A stretch of 16,217 nt of DNA, from contig JBDRKI010000053.1 of assembly GCA_043814095.1 (NCBI GenBank), positions 1-16,217 of the forward strand, written 5' to 3'. A program made the position numbers and the translations under genes. This document shows, piece by piece, positions 14,665 through 16,217 of this stretch. Source of the DNA: Armatimonadota bacterium. GTDB lineage: Bacteria; Vulcanimicrobiota; JACPDS01; JBDRKI01. The notes beneath the pieces are model-generated. The model made no database searches. It was not told where the DNA came from and saw nothing but the letters and a program-made list of their open reading frames with translations. Position 1 is the first letter of the stretch. The number at the start of each line of letters is the position of its first letter.

Positions 14665-16217
14665 TGTAACCGCAAAATGATAATGTCCTAATAGAACAAA
14701 ATAGAAATGTCCTAAATCACGAAGTCATAAACATCCTGAAAGGAGGGTGTTATGACAGGAAAGGACATTATCATGGCTAGAAAATTTGAGTTAAAGCGGC
14801 TTTATGTAATTAATCAGGTGATAGAAAAGAAAATAAAGCGCACAAAAGCATGTGAATTGCTTTTGTTGGGCTACAGGCAAGTCGGCAGGATAATTAAGCG
14901 GGTAAAAGAGAAAGGCGACGCCGGCATAATTCACCAGTCTCGAGGCAAACCTTCTAACAGAGGTTTTACAAAAAAGTTAAAAGACACAGTGATAAAGCTT
15001 TATCGGGCTAAATACAATGACTTTAGCCCCACACTTTTTTCCGAGAAGCTCTTTGAAATAGATAAAATTAAGATAAATCATGAAACTTTGCGTTTATGGC
15101 TTATCGAATCGGGTGATTGGAAAAGGATCCGTAAAAACAGGACACATCGCGAATGGAGAGAGCGTAAGCCTTGTTTTGGAGAGATGATTCAGATAGACGG
15201 CTCACATCATGCTTGGTTTGAGGATAGAGGCCCTTGGTCGGTATATATGGGCTACATTGACGATGCAACAAGCAAAGTATTCGGGAGGTTTTACGGATAT
15301 GAAGGCACTCTGCCCTTTATGGACAGCTTTAAGTGCTACATAAGAAAAAACGGAATTCCTTTAAGCGTGTACATAGACAAGCACTCAACATATAAATCTG
15401 CGGCGAAACCGTCGATAGAGGACGAATTAAACGGCATTGAACCGATGAGTCAGGTTGAAAGAGCGTTAAACGAGCTGGGAGTTGATGTCATTCACGCAAA
15501 TTCACCTCAAGCCAAGGGCAGGATCGAAAGGTCATTTAGAACCAAGCAGAACCGGCTGATAAAAGAAATGCGTTTAAAGCAAATAAACTCTGCGGAAGAA
15601 GCAAACAAGTTTCTGCCTGAGTATTTAAGTAAACATAATAAAAAATTCGCCGTAAAGCCAAGAGAAAAAGCAAACATGCACAGGCCTGTTCCAAAAGGAT
15701 TAAATCTTGATAAAATTCTTTGCATAAAGACAGAAAGAGTTTTAAAGAATGACTTTACGATTTCTTATGAGGGCAAGCTATATCAGATAAAGGACAAAAT
15801 AAACGCCAAAAAAGTCATGGTGGAGATCAGGACTAACGGTTCAATGTTTGTAACCTATAGCGGAGCTAATTTGAAATATAAGGAGATAGCTGTAAAGCCG
15901 TTGAAAGAAAATAAGCGACCATCCGAACCGGCAGTTCCGAGAAAATATGTTCCCGCCGCGGATCATCCTTGGAAGAAATTTCAAATCGGCAAAAAAGCTA
16001 ATAACGGCACTTCAAGCAGAAAAGCGGCTTAAGGACGGACTTTGAAGAAAAAACGAGCTCGCAAAATGCCCTGCAAAGGGCTTTCAGAAGACAAGGCAAT
16101 ATAAATGACTTTTGAAAAACCAAACAAATAAATATCTTCGAAAAGTTAAGGAGCGTTATGCGAAAATAGGACATTTCTAAATTGCTAAGAATAGGACATT
16201 TCTAAATTGCCTTGACA
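14665..16217 (+). mobile_element. ISNCY / IS1202-type insertion sequence, 1553 bp
   Basis: Left end TGTAACCGCAAAATGATAATGTCCTA versus reverse complement of the right end TGTCAAGGCAATTTAGAAATGTCCTA (18/26 identical). Each end has two AATGTCCTA cores (14682, 14706; 16167, 16192). The right end has a perfect 21-bp repeat (16165-16185 and 16190-16210). Confidence 0.9.
14752..16032 (+). CDS. ISNCY (IS1202-type) DDE transposase
   Basis: N-terminal HTH; RERKPCFGEMIQIDGSHHAWFE, IDDATS, VYIDKHSTY, ANSPQAKGRIER, C-terminal PAADHPWK; SD AGGAGG. Confidence 0.93.
   Translation: MTGKDIIMARKFELKRLYVINQVIEKKIKRTKACELLLLGYRQVGRIIKRVKEKGDAGIIHQSRGKPSNRGFTKKLKDTVIKLYRAKYNDFSPTLFSEKLFEIDKIKINHETLRLWLIESGDWKRIRKNRTHREWRERKPCFGEMIQIDGSHHAWFEDRGPWSVYMGYIDDATSKVFGRFYGYEGTLPFMDSFKCYIRKNGIPLSVYIDKHSTYKSAAKPSIEDELNGIEPMSQVERALNELGVDVIHANSPQAKGRIERSFRTKQNRLIKEMRLKQINSAEEANKFLPEYLSKHNKKFAVKPREKANMHRPVPKGLNLDKILCIKTERVLKNDFTISYEGKLYQIKDKINAKKVMVEIRTNGSMFVTYSGANLKYKEIAVKPLKENKRPSEPAVPRKYVPAADHPWKKFQIGKKANNGTSSRKAA

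Noticed and set aside
16165..16210. 21-bp direct repeats as a CRISPR remnant
   Set aside because: Only two copies 4 bp apart, mirrored at the left end of the IS; they are transposase-binding repeats.

Overview
Low-GC bacterial chromosomal segment with a mobile element at each edge. The left edge is the 3' part of an IS200/IS605-family tnpB with intact RuvC D-E-D, a foldable omegaRNA scaffold and a right end at ~840. The right edge is a complete-looking ISNCY/IS1202-type element (14665-16217, TGT...ACA ends). All host genes between them lie on the minus strand. In order of transcription: divergent grpE-dnaK (no hrcA, CIRCE or dnaJ), a small YqzL-like gene, a CNNM/hemolysin-family gene, pheS, pheT, cvpA, a secreted hypothetical, a FecR-domain protein with a Gly/Pro tail, an OPT-family transporter and a membrane-anchored YHS-domain protein. 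The most interesting signals are non-coding: (i) five co-oriented AGGA-N17/18-GAA sigma-H-like promoters; (ii) a ~135-nt nested-stem RNA candidate right after a strong sigma70 promoter upstream of yqzL; (iii) a short hairpin with a CCCCC loop that has its own promoter-like motif; (iv) an 11-bp-periodic OmpR/PhoP-type box upstream of the YHS gene; (v) a near-match between the predicted TnpB guide and the YHS 5' UTR. All calls are from reading the sequence only; no searches were run.
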